Source of the DNA: Pecten maximus
Lineage: Eukaryota
Assembly: GCF_902652985.1 (NCBI RefSeq)
Contig: NC_047025.1
Location: 16,988,001 to 17,052,000, forward strand
Direction: 5' to 3'
Length of the DNA stretch: 64,000 bases
Below the pieces are notes generated by a model that ran no database searches, was not told where the DNA came from, and was given only the letters and a program-made list of their open reading frames with translations. Below are positions 53,478 through 64,000 of this stretch, in pieces (the stretch's first letter is position 1; the number at the start of each line of letters is the position of its first letter). The position numbers were made by a program, and so were the translations under genes.

Positions 53478-54648
53478 TGTGGGAACCTCCTGTGGAAAAC
53501 TCCGATGGGAACCGCATGAAGGAGCCTCCTGTGGGAACCTACTGTGGGAACCACCTATGAGAACCTTCTGTGGGAACCTGCTGTGGGAACCTACTGTGGG
53601 AACCTACTGTGGGAGCCTACTGTGGGAACCTACTGTGGGAGCCTACTGTGGGAACCTACTGTGGGAACCTACTGTGGGAACCTACTGTGGGAACCTACTG
53701 TGGGAACCTACTGTGGGAGCCTACTGTGGGAACCTACTGTGGGAGCCTACTGTGGGAACCTACTGTGGGAACCTACTGTGGGAGCCTACTGTGGGAGCCT
53801 ACTGTGGGAACCTACTGTGGGAACCTACTGTGGGAACCTGCTGTGGGAACCTACTGTGGGAGCCTACTGTGGAAGCCTACTGTGGAAGCCTACTGTGGGA
53901 ACCTACTGTGGGAACCTACTGTGGGAGCCTACTGTGGGAACCTACTGTGGGAACCTACTGTGGGAGCCTTCTGTGGGGACCTACTGTGGGAACCTACTGT
54001 GGGAGCCTACTGTGGGAACCTACTGTGGGCAGGCTACTGTGGGAACCTACTGTGGGAGCCTACTGTGGGAGCCTACTGTGGGAACCTACTGTGGGAACCT
54101 ACTGTGGGAGCCTACTGTGGGAACCTACTGTGGGAACCTACTGTGGGAGCCTACTGTGGGAACCTACTGTGGGAACCTACTGTGGGAACCTACTGTGGGA
54201 ACCTACTGTGGGAGCCTACTGTGGGAACCTACTGTGGGAACCTACTGTGGGAACCTACTGTGGGAACCTACGGTGGGAGCCTACTGTGGGAGCCTACTGT
54301 GGGAGCCTACTGTGGGAACCTACTGTGAGAACCTACTGTGGGAGCCTACTGTGGGAGCCTACTGTGGGAGCCTACTGTGTAAACCTTCGGTGGGAGCCTA
54401 CTGTGGGAGCCTACTTTGGGAACCTACGGTGGGAGCCTACTGTGGGAACCTACTGTGGGAGCCTACTGTGAGAACCTACGGTGGGAGCCTACTGTGTAAA
54501 CCTTCGGTGGGAGCCTACTGTGGGAGCCTACTGTGGGAATCTCATGTGGGAACCTACTGTGGGAACCTACTGTGGGAACCTACTGTGACAGGCTACTGAG
54601 GGGACCTACTGTGGGAACCTACTGTGAGAACCTGCTGTGGGAACCTAT
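53478..54648. repeat. Tandem minisatellite, 13-bp unit TGTGGGARCCTAC, ~90 copies
   Basis: Read directly; source of the LLWEPTVGTYCGN pseudo-ORFs. Confidence 0.98.
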
Positions 54649-54827
54649 AGCAGAACAGGGAATTGATTTTGGTGTTTGGAGTTGCACCTATTGAAATTCT
54701 TTAGAAATACATCACTTTGGCCTCAGCGTCTCAGCGAAAGGAAGGTGATGGTTTCTGTCCCTTGAACCAGACAAACTGAATTTTATAATTTGGTAGCAAG
54801 TTGGTATTAAGGGATAGTTATCCCTTT

Positions 54828-55100
54828 GGCAGTACGACTATATCATGCTGCTATGTCCAGGTGTGTGACAGTATGACTATAACATGCTGATATATAAAGG
54901 TGTGTGGCAGTACGACTATATCATGCTGCTATGTCCAGGTGTGTGGCAGTACGACTATATCATGCTGCTATGTCCAGGTGTGTGACAGTACGACTATATC
55001 ATGCTGCTATGTCCAGGTGTGTGGCAGTACGACTATATCATGCTGCTATGTCCAGGTGTGTGGCAGTAAGGCTATATCATGCTGCTATGTCCAGGTGTGG
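54828..55100. repeat. Tandem repeat, 39-bp unit (GGCAGTACGACTATATCATGCTGCTATGTCCAGGTGTGT), ~7 copies
   Basis: Read directly. Confidence 0.92.
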
Positions 55101-55374
55101 CATTGCTATACGATAACGTTATAAATTAGTCAGTCATTGGCCCCATCATCTATTGATACTGACTTACCTTAGATATGGCGAGGATGTAAAACCCTCAATA
55201 ATAATAGCGATACTTATAATGACTGGTACAGTATATCTAAGATACAGACATCGTGTCATAGTTTTATCTAACTGAAATGTTCTCACTTGGACAAGGAAGA
55301 ATTACACACAATCCCATGGCAAGCCAAAATGTCATTTATTCACGGAGCAACGTTGATCAAGGAATTGTCCAAAT

Positions 55375-55570
55375 TATATAATATATTATATAAGATATCT
55401 TACATAATATATATGATAAACATATTAGATATCTCATAAACATATCAGATATCTTATGTATTATATAGCATATCTCATAAAGAAAAGTTTGAGATATCTT
55501 ATATATATTATGAGATATCTTATGTATTATATGAGATATCTCATGAACATATAAGATATCTTATATAATT
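55375..55570. repeat. Degenerate AT-rich repeat built on the self-complementary ATAAGATATCTTAT motif
   Basis: AGATATCT recurs about every 18-21 bp. Confidence 0.7.
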
Positions 55571-55694
55571 TGGTAAAATACTGGATTAACATTGCTCCGC
55601 GAATAAATGACATGGCTGGTCACACAACCGGTCAAATTGTTCGGCAAACAGCTGACGACTACGGTGTATAATACAATCTTCGCATGGTACGAGA

Positions 55695-55863
55695 TAGACT
55701 GGCCACCAGTTTTTTTTTTTTTTAAGAATTGCCAAGCTAAATTCTAATACCAGATTATCTGCCCCTAGTTTGAAACTTAGAATCAGACATATCCTAGGGA
55801 TCAAAATCATAAAGCTCAATTTTATTTATAATTTTAATATTCTAGAGACAGGGGGCCAGTCTA
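55695..55863 (-). mobile_element. MITE copy 2 with perfect TAGACTGGCC TIR and perfect 9-bp TSD
   Basis: TAGACTGGCC...GGCCAGTCTA flanked by GGTACGAGA at 55686-55694 and 55864-55872. Confidence 0.9.
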
Positions 55864-58064
55864 GGTACGAGAGAACGAAAGATGTTTAGTTTTGGCTGCT
55901 AATATATAAACACCAGAACTAGGTAGTGCTCCTCAATCGGCTGTCGATCAAAATACTCCATTGTTACTTTGTTTGATGAAGGTTACATGATACATATCGT
56001 GATAATCACCGTCATATCTAATTTTACGGCACGTCTTATATATAAAAATGTATATATGATTCATCTATTGTTTTTACTGAGCCCGATTCCCTTCGGACAT
56101 TGTGCGTCCATTCCTATTGGAGTAAAACTTCATCTGTTGTGATAATCCATTGTGTCATAGATGGATTTCAGTTTTATCAAAACCGGATTCCCAATGCTGA
56201 AAACAGGCATGATTTACAGTGTTGTAGAACAACTGGAAAATGCAAATTTAATGTTAAAGCCCTCCAGTTTCCCCGTGTAAGCTACATGTATATATAGGTA
56301 GCAGTGTACAGTAAAAATGCCAAATTCTGAAAAATATGGCACATGTTTTAGATATGTAAACATTGCCAGTTAACCTTACATATAACCTCTAATAAAGTAT
56401 ATATATTTGAAATCTGTACAACATTTGCAATTTTAATAGAGCTCTGAAGGATAAGTAAACTGATATTTTCTGTGATTTTTAGAGCTGTGAATACCATGGT
56501 AACAGCTTAACAAATTCTCAAAAATTGCTAAATATTATGATATTTGACCCAAAATGGCACAATTCTCTACACAATTTTTTTTCTGAAACCTATTTAAAAT
56601 TAGATATCTCTATCCCAAAGACAGAATTAATCTTGTTTGGACATATGTTGTAAATTAAGTTTTTCCGCTATCTTACCTTTTCTGTGGGCTTCCATTTTGC
56701 GCTGTAGGCAAAACTAAATTTCCTGTGTAAACACACGTTCGGAAAATCCGGATATTTAAAATCCGGAACCAATTTATTGATTTTTGTTTTAATAGATGTG
56801 AAGCCTGTATGTACTACTTCATACTGAATATACCAATTATAGTGTACATTTATTTTTTCATTTTTTATGCATATCATAATACAGGAGTTATTTGCTTAAC
56901 AAAAAAATTGCCCATGGCCAGGCTGACTTACTGTGGTGTGCTACCATAACGAAATTAAACTGAATATTTCATTTTACTAGGCTCTATTGGATTACATTTT
57001 CGCTACTTTATGATCGAGACGTTTAACGACTAGCTGAATAAATAGGAGATCCAACATCTTCTGATCAAAATAATGTTCCATTAAAGGATGTATATTACCT
57101 TTACTTCCTACGAATGTTAAACTAATGTCACGTGTATACAATAATAATATAAAATTTAGGATGAAAATAATTATGGAGAGAACTCGCCTACAAACAACTG
57201 ACCTAAATTGTTTTGTTTTCGTCACGAACCCTGCATGGTTCTATCGGTACGATTAACATAGGAATGCTATGTTGTGTCACAACGATAGGTCTGATGTGTC
57301 CAGGTAGACAGTTATGAAATATGACTACATATGAACACATTTGTCTTCTTTGCCTACTATGATTTACACACTGTTTACTATCCCCGGGATATCACGTGTT
57401 TCTATTTACATTAAATTTCCAAGACCTTAAGATTTCTTATTCATTCATGTCACACCATACGTGTGTAACAAGGAGCCACATAAACACAAGATGTGAATAC
57501 ATATACAAAAATGTACATGTACATGTGAGGACATGCATCATTCGACATTAATCAATATGGGAACTATTGCTGAAAAAATGTTTTTTTTTTTTTTACCTGA
57601 GTTACCTGATGATCATCGGTCTATTAGTAAGCAATATTTTTTTATACCTCCCCGAATCAAACTTGATTATAGGTTAACATTTAAGAAACATGCCTTTCAA
57701 TTTAAAATGGAAATATTATACAGCGTTTCTCTTCAAATCGAGACTCTACGGTTGTCCCCTTGATGTCAAACTCGGGTGGAATCTACCATCAAAAGATAAA
57801 GGTTCACCTGTGATCAGCTCATTACCTATATCAACTATAAGGTAAAAACAAATACATATTTCTTAAAATACTACGTATTTCTAGCAAAGGAACTCTATTA
57901 CAATTATGTTCAGACCCCAATGCCAAAGGGAAAAAGCAACAACAAATAAACAACTTCGGGAAACAATGGATTTGTTGTATGTGGAGGGGGCCGTCTCCCA
58001 ATACCTTCCCTCCTAGATAGTGTAGCTGGAATAAGGTTTGTAATGAAAACTGTGATATTGATTA

Positions 58065-58099
58065 TAAATAAATAAATGAATAAATAAATAAATAAATAA
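58065..58099. repeat. (AAAT)n microsatellite
   Basis: Read directly. Confidence 0.85.
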
Positions 58100-59314
58100 G
58101 CAGAAGTGTCAATTCGTGATGCATGATTTCGATTCTGACGTCAGTATCACTCAGTAATACAGCCTACCGTACACTACGTTAAAGGTCATTCGTCCCCTTT
58201 ATAGTACAAAGAGACAGGCGCTTCTCCCCCTCCCTGATACACGTGTTGATTGATGGGGAATGACAGGGAGGTTTGTGTGACCCGCCCGAAGTTAAACATT
58301 TTATTGTGAGACCCTAAATGCTTCCACCGTCAGCTTTAAATTGGCATTCGATATATTTATATTATGTAATAAATAAATATTTCTGCCTCTTTTTAATTTA
58401 TTTTCGCAGTTTCTGTGTTTTTAAACACTATTCAATTCCTTTCAATATTCATAAAAACAAATACGAGTTTAATTTTCCAGTCAACTTGGTAGATGACAGA
58501 AGTGGATATGGAATATGAAGCTGCCGAGACTTTAACTATCGTAGCCATTGACACCCCGGCTTCATTTAAACCCACGCCGTTTCGAGGAATTATTTTAATG
58601 TGAATAAAAAACAGCAGATAGCTAGCGTTTTCCTGCTGCAAGTGATGTCAATGTTTTTTTGTGACTGATAGGCCGTAAGGTCGAGAGTAATACAAGAATT
58701 GAAATATTGTGATTGGAAAGGACAAGATTATCGACGACGCTGTGGAGAAAACATCGTAAAAATGCGATTGCATCCGGCAATGTATCTTATTTTTTAAATA
58801 CTTTTTTTTTGTGCCACTACGTAGATAATTGATATCCTTGTTTATAGTAGACAACGAAGTGTAGGAACGATAGGAGAGATGGTAACAAATGTTACGATGG
58901 TAACAGTAGATAATTGTTTCGATTTCTTTAAAGTCCCGTAAACAAAAGACGCAGATTAAAAGCTCAGTGTTGCTGTGTAACAGATACGTCGCCTGTCTCT
59001 ATGATAACATGTAGGCCTTGTCGAGCCTGCATTTGGTAAACTGCATAAAGCCAAAAGGCACGAATATTAATTGCGTGTGACGTTAGATCAGTGATGAAGT
59101 GCAGGTGGTTTACACGAGCTGTTCATATCCTGTGTCATTGATAAATTTGTTATAAACAACTCACCACAAACCTCGCCAAATTGTCTGATATGGTTCGGAT
59201 TTGCCGATAATATACTCGGACGAACATAAAATCTAGGACACAGCAGAGTCTTCAACACTAGTCGCTTAACTCGATCTTTACGTACAGCGTAACAACTAAC
59301 TGGGGCAGCTTGTA

Positions 59315-59712
59315 GATTTCAATTTCCCTACTGCAAATTTTCCATTTCTAAATAGTAACATTCCTGCTTCCCTTACCTTATATATCCCAGTTCTTATCAT
59401 CACGATTTCTGTAACAGATGTCGACTTCTGAGGAAAACAATTAAAAACACAAGGATTCGAGAGCTGCAATTTGACGAAGACCATGAAAACGTTTTATGGT
59501 CAACACCGGGATCTCATTTGAAAATATTTCATTTCCTTGTACGATATGATGTCAGGCGTGCTTGATGCTTGTAGATATTTCTAGTGCTTCCGTTGTCACC
59601 ACCCTAACTCTCATATTGAGAATGTGACTTAGTCCGGATTTCAGTTTGATTTGTATGTCGAGTGTCGCCGATGAACCAGAAGACGCTTTATCTTCCGGAA
59701 CACGCGGTCTTC
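59315..59712 (+). mobile_element. Decayed 3' fragment of an RT-encoding, probably Penelope-like, retroelement
   Basis: Frameshifted pieces DFNFPTANFPFLNSNIPAS and KQLKTQGFESCNLTKTMKTFYGQHRDLI*KY resemble a post-RT region (DF.F.I.NFPFL.SNIP...KL..QG...KFYGRH.DL..KY) I recall from abundant mollusc repeats; not searched. Confidence 0.7.
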
Positions 59713-60386
59713 TTTTCAAAGTACTTTTTCAAGGGTCATCAAGTAAATCCATATATTTGAAGAGTGCACCTACAGATTATGGGACTATTTAAAGGCTGAA
59801 ATCTTATACTTGGACAAGGTGGTGTGACACTGAAGCCAATCAGGTTTTATATTAATCACCGTCCAGCAGGCTAACAACTACTTATTTAAAACGGAGGCGT
59901 CGAACGATAGAGCATCAAAAAACATTTTGCAAGGACAAATGATTGCTTCATTCAGGTAAGCGAAGGCTTGAACGTCAAAAGTTGCTATTTTGATAAACAA
60001 TGTATATGAAAGGGTAAACAAGATTTGTACTTGATGCAGTACACATATTTCGGTCCCTAACTAATATAAAGGGCACAAAAGGAACTCCTGGTGGAGTCCT
60101 CACATTTTTCGTATTTTCAAATAATGCATAGGGTATAAGTATGTAAGATGTACATTACCCCACGTTGATCAAAAAAGATCTTCTTGGCTTTCATAGTTCC
60201 AAAGGCCTGAAAGCGAGAAAAGTTTGTTTGACCAACGATGACAATGTTATGAAGTCAATATATCTAACCAAGTACCACGCACCTCGTCGTGAATTAATTG
60301 AAAAGTTTACAAGGGTTTTTTTTTATCAAAAGTATTGATTTGTGGACGACAATGGTTTTAACATTCTTTTATGTTTTAACACAATC

Positions 60387-60617
60387 TGGGCTCAGTTGTT
60401 CAAAAGGTGATTAGGTTAATAACTTGATCAGTGAAAATTCCATTTCTCATTTGTTGCAAAACCTGGGAGTATATCATCTTGAAATTATGCCAGTTGGAAG
60501 TGAATTAAGAATTACAGAGTTTTTGTCAAGTTAGTTCTACCAGAAGTTATTATATCAGGATTTGAAAAATGTTGTTCAAATGTGATTAGCCTAATCACCT
60601 TTTGATCAACTGGCCCA
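60387..60617. mobile_element. MITE with ~29-bp imperfect TIRs
   Basis: TGGGCTCAGTTGTTCAAAAGGTGATTAGG ... CCTAATCACCTTTTGATCAACTGGCCCA; TSD not clear (CTG occurs near both ends). Confidence 0.75.
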
Positions 60618-61346
60618 CTGAAGGTTAACTAAGTCAAATGTGTTTGTGACTAACAAACTATAAAACGCTAGTGTACAAACCGAGTAGGTAGAGGTTTTAA
60701 CGGACCTTGCTGACGTAATAAGATGCCATACTACCAGATGACGTCTGTCAGCGCGTCACGTTGATGTGATGACAACTATGGTGGGAGTCAACGCCAATGT
60801 TTTCTTTCATGCAATTCACGTGCACCATGATACGCATTATCTTTGCTTAACACATTTCGTTAATGAAGAAACAATATGCCACACTGATTTTTTCACTTTT
60901 TTTCTAAAGCTCTGAGAACGGGGAAATCTGGTTGAAATTCTGCAAAGAACGTTCCTGTGTGAGATAAGATTGCGTCTATTTATGGCGTGGGCATTCGCCT
61001 CACATATTGTTACATTATTCAATTACGTTACTCAAAATGAACCTATTTCATTGGCTAAATTTATTATTGATATAGATAAGATATATAGATTGTAATTCAC
61101 AATACTGATGTCCATCCTGTTTTACCATGTATCATTGTTATCCATTTGTTCATGTTCATATTCTCTGCACTATACTGTTTATGAGAATAAACAATTGCCA
61201 TTGTCATTGTCGTGTTGTTTTAATGAAGTGAATGATGGGATAAGTCTTACTTCATACAGACACAATTATACATTACTGTTGTAAAAGACATATCAAACAA
61301 TTCTTAGTTCACATCGGCCTATATATTGTTATTTCAAAGCCTAGAT

Positions 61347-61672
61347 ATTGTTGTATTAAATGAAGTGAATGATCTTCTGATATCATACTGGACTATGTAT
61401 TGTTGTGTTAAAGGAAGTGAATGATCTTCTGTTATCATACTGGACTATATATTGTTGTATTAAATGAAGTGAATGATCTTCTGATATCATACTGGCCTAC
61501 AAATTGCTGTATTAAAGGAAGTGAATGATCTTCTGATATCATACTGGCCTATATATTGTTGTATTAAAGGAAGTGAATGATCTTCTAATATCATACTGGC
61601 CTATATATTGTTGTGTTAAAGGAAGTGAATGATCTTCTGTTATCATACTGGCCTATATATTGTTGTTATAAA
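61347..61672. repeat. Tandem repeat, 52-bp unit, ~6 copies
   Basis: GAAGTGAATGATCTTCTGATATCATACTGG recurs every 52 bp. Confidence 0.93.
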
Positions 61673-61794
61673 GGCATGATTTAGAAATAGGGTAACCCAG
61701 TTTTTTCTTTGGAATCCATGTTTGTATATTAGCTATGAAGTCTCAGTGTACCATTCTCTATTCAACAGCAATACGTAATAAATTGGCTTATCTC

Positions 61795-62080
61795 TGTATT
61801 GTATGTAATTATATTGTATGTTGTTCTATTGTATGTAGTTATATTGTATGTACTTATATTGTTTGTGACTCTGTTGTCTAATTGTATTGTCTTTAATTCT
61901 ATTGTTTGTAACTCTATTGTATGTAATTATATTGTATGATTTTCTATTATATGTAATAATATTGTATGTACTTATATTGTTTGTGACTCTGTTGTCTAAT
62001 TGTATTGTCTTTAATTCTATTGTTTGTAACTCTATTGTATGTGATTATATGTATGATTTTCTATTATATGTAATTCTATT
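61795..62080. repeat. Degenerate 15/16-bp repeat (ATTGTATGTAATTMT) with a larger internal duplication
   Basis: Read directly; the GTGACTCTGTTGTCTAATTG block occurs twice. Confidence 0.8.
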
Positions 62081-62932
62081 ATCAGCCAGGCTTTTTGTTC
62101 ATTATGTTAAGTTTCATATTCATATTTAGAAATTATATCAAGATGTCACATAGGGAAAACGATTTGTATGCATGTGTAAATATAGTAATTACATTTTTTA
62201 AAGGATATAAATGAAATTCGTCGAGTAAATAGTTGAGATTTGTTTAAATTGTATCGAAAATATATTAAAACTTACTAAAGAAAGACTAGTTTATAACTAA
62301 ATCGGGAGAATGAGTTTTATGTACAGTAGGCTACCCGTATGAATCGCTTTTTATCGACAGATGTTTATTCTTTATATGTAGACTTGATAATGAACCACTT
62401 TACACTTAACTGAATAGAATTACAAAAATGTGCAGATATGCTGGTACATAATTATTAGTATTAATGTATACTGGTTTTCTTGTCCTTGGTTTAAATCAAA
62501 CAGAGCGTGAATATAAATTTAAGTGATAACTATTACATTGAGATTGATCATTATGGGCAGTTTGCCAAGTTTATCAAAAATACATGAAAGCCTTTTTTGT
62601 GTCTCGCCCCTGTATCCGGTAGATATACCATTATTCTGAGTAATTACACGCTTATTAAAAACGAAATTTCATAACATCATGTTTTCATAGTGATATTGAA
62701 ATAATTTCTTTATCTGCAATGCACAGCAGATAGATATATACCTGGTAGGTGACTTTGATTAAGACTGTAATGACATGATTTTTCTAACAGACGAGGGCGG
62801 TCTTTGCTTGGAGACTCTAGCTGTGTTCACGACTATGACATGAAAGTAAAACAGCCTGTGATCTGAGTTACACAGTAGTTGCTTGTGTATTTGTTTTTAA
62901 TTAGTCGAGATGTAATCAATGCAAATAACATT

Positions 62933-63198
62933 TCTTTAGACAAGACTACACGGCCGATCTGCAGTCTAGGGTGACATACATATTACATATCTACAAATAC
63001 CACCGTAAGGTTAAGGTTAAGTGTCTTTAGACAAGACTAAACGGCCAATCTGTAGTCTGGAGTTACACATATATTACATATCTACAAATACCACCGTTAG
63101 GTTACGGTTAAGTGTCTTTAGACAAGACTAAACGGCCAATCTGTAGTCTGAAGTTACACATATATTACATATCTACAAATACCAACGTAAGGTTACGT
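62933..63198. repeat. Tandem repeat, 91-bp unit x3
   Basis: CAAGACTA at 62941, 63032 and 63123. Confidence 0.92.
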
Positions 63199-63513
63199 TT
63201 TCGTGTCAGGACTAATGGAACGGAGCGGAAACCACTGTTTGAGAAAATTTCAGATTTTTTTTCAACGTTCTAAGTAGTTCCGCTTGAAGAAAAGTCGGCC
63301 ATGTTTGGAATGCTGAACTATCTGGATCATCTCAAACGGACTTACTACAAAGGATAAACTGGTAGTTTGTTCGTGGATCAAAGCCAGACGAACATTTAAT
63401 GAGAACTGCCGAGGGATGTAGTGTAGCAGCACTGAAACAATATATCACCGGACTAAATCTACAGCTGATCAAACCGAAATAAAAACTATTACTGGAGATA
63501 AATTGTAATAAAG

Positions 63514-63996
63514 NNNNNNNNNNNNNNNNNNNNNNNNNNNNNNNNNNNNNNNNNNNNNNNNNNNNNNNNNNNNNNNNNNNNNNNNNNNNNNNNNNNNNNN
63601 NNNNNNNNNNNNNNNNNNNNNNNNNNNNNNNNNNNNNNNNNNNNNNNNNNNNNNNNNNNNNNNNNNNNNNNNNNNNNNNNNNNNNNNNNNNNNNNNNNNN
63701 NNNNNNNNNNNNNNNNNNNNNNNNNNNNNNNNNNNNNNNNNNNNNNNNNNNNNNNNNNNNNNNNNNNNNNNNNNNNNNNNNNNNNNNNNNNNNNNNNNNN
63801 NNNNNNNNNNNNNNNNNNNNNNNNNNNNNNNNNNNNNNNNNNNNNNNNNNNNNNNNNNNNNNNNNNNNNNNNNNNNNNNNNNNNNNNNNNNNNNNNNNNN
63901 NNNNNNNNNNNNNNNNNNNNNNNNNNNNNNNNNNNNNNNNNNNNNNNNNNNNNNNNNNNNNNNNNNNNNNNNNNNNNNNNNNNNNNNNNNNNNNNN
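63514..63996. other. Assembly gap (483 N)
   Basis: Run of N. Confidence 1.
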
Positions 63997-64000
63997 TGAG

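Noticed and set aside
59655-59712. Ribozyme at the 3' end of the Penelope-like fragment
   Set aside because: Neither a hammerhead core nor a complete HDV-like fold could be built from this decayed copy.
1-63198. Tandem arrays as CRISPR arrays
   Set aside because: No unique spacers, no cas genes, and the context is eukaryotic with spliceosomal introns.

Overview
AT-rich, repeat-dense eukaryotic DNA; the repeat families suggest a marine invertebrate, most likely a bivalve mollusc (inference). One complete host gene is supported: a three-exon classical (Aqp4-grade) aquaporin on the minus strand (CDS 16791-16210, 12962-12882, 7662-7396; 309 aa, two NPA motifs, ar/R filter F-H-C-R). Its 81-bp middle exon is missing from the ORF track. 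A probable exon of an unidentified, convergent plus-strand gene lies at 585-823. The rest is intronic or intergenic: about a dozen tandem arrays (13-91 bp units, including a 5.3 kb 39/40-bp satellite), a young 5'-truncated L1/Tx1-type LINE with target-site duplication (TSD), decayed CR1 and Penelope-like fragments, SINE remnants, MITEs, long fold-back palindromes and a 483-N gap. The most unusual signal is a six-copy 49-bp tandem array at 40922-41211 whose unit is a minimal hammerhead ribozyme on the minus strand. Adjacent units can also fold into a fully paired type III hammerhead. Most long ORFs in the track are artefacts of tandem repeats.
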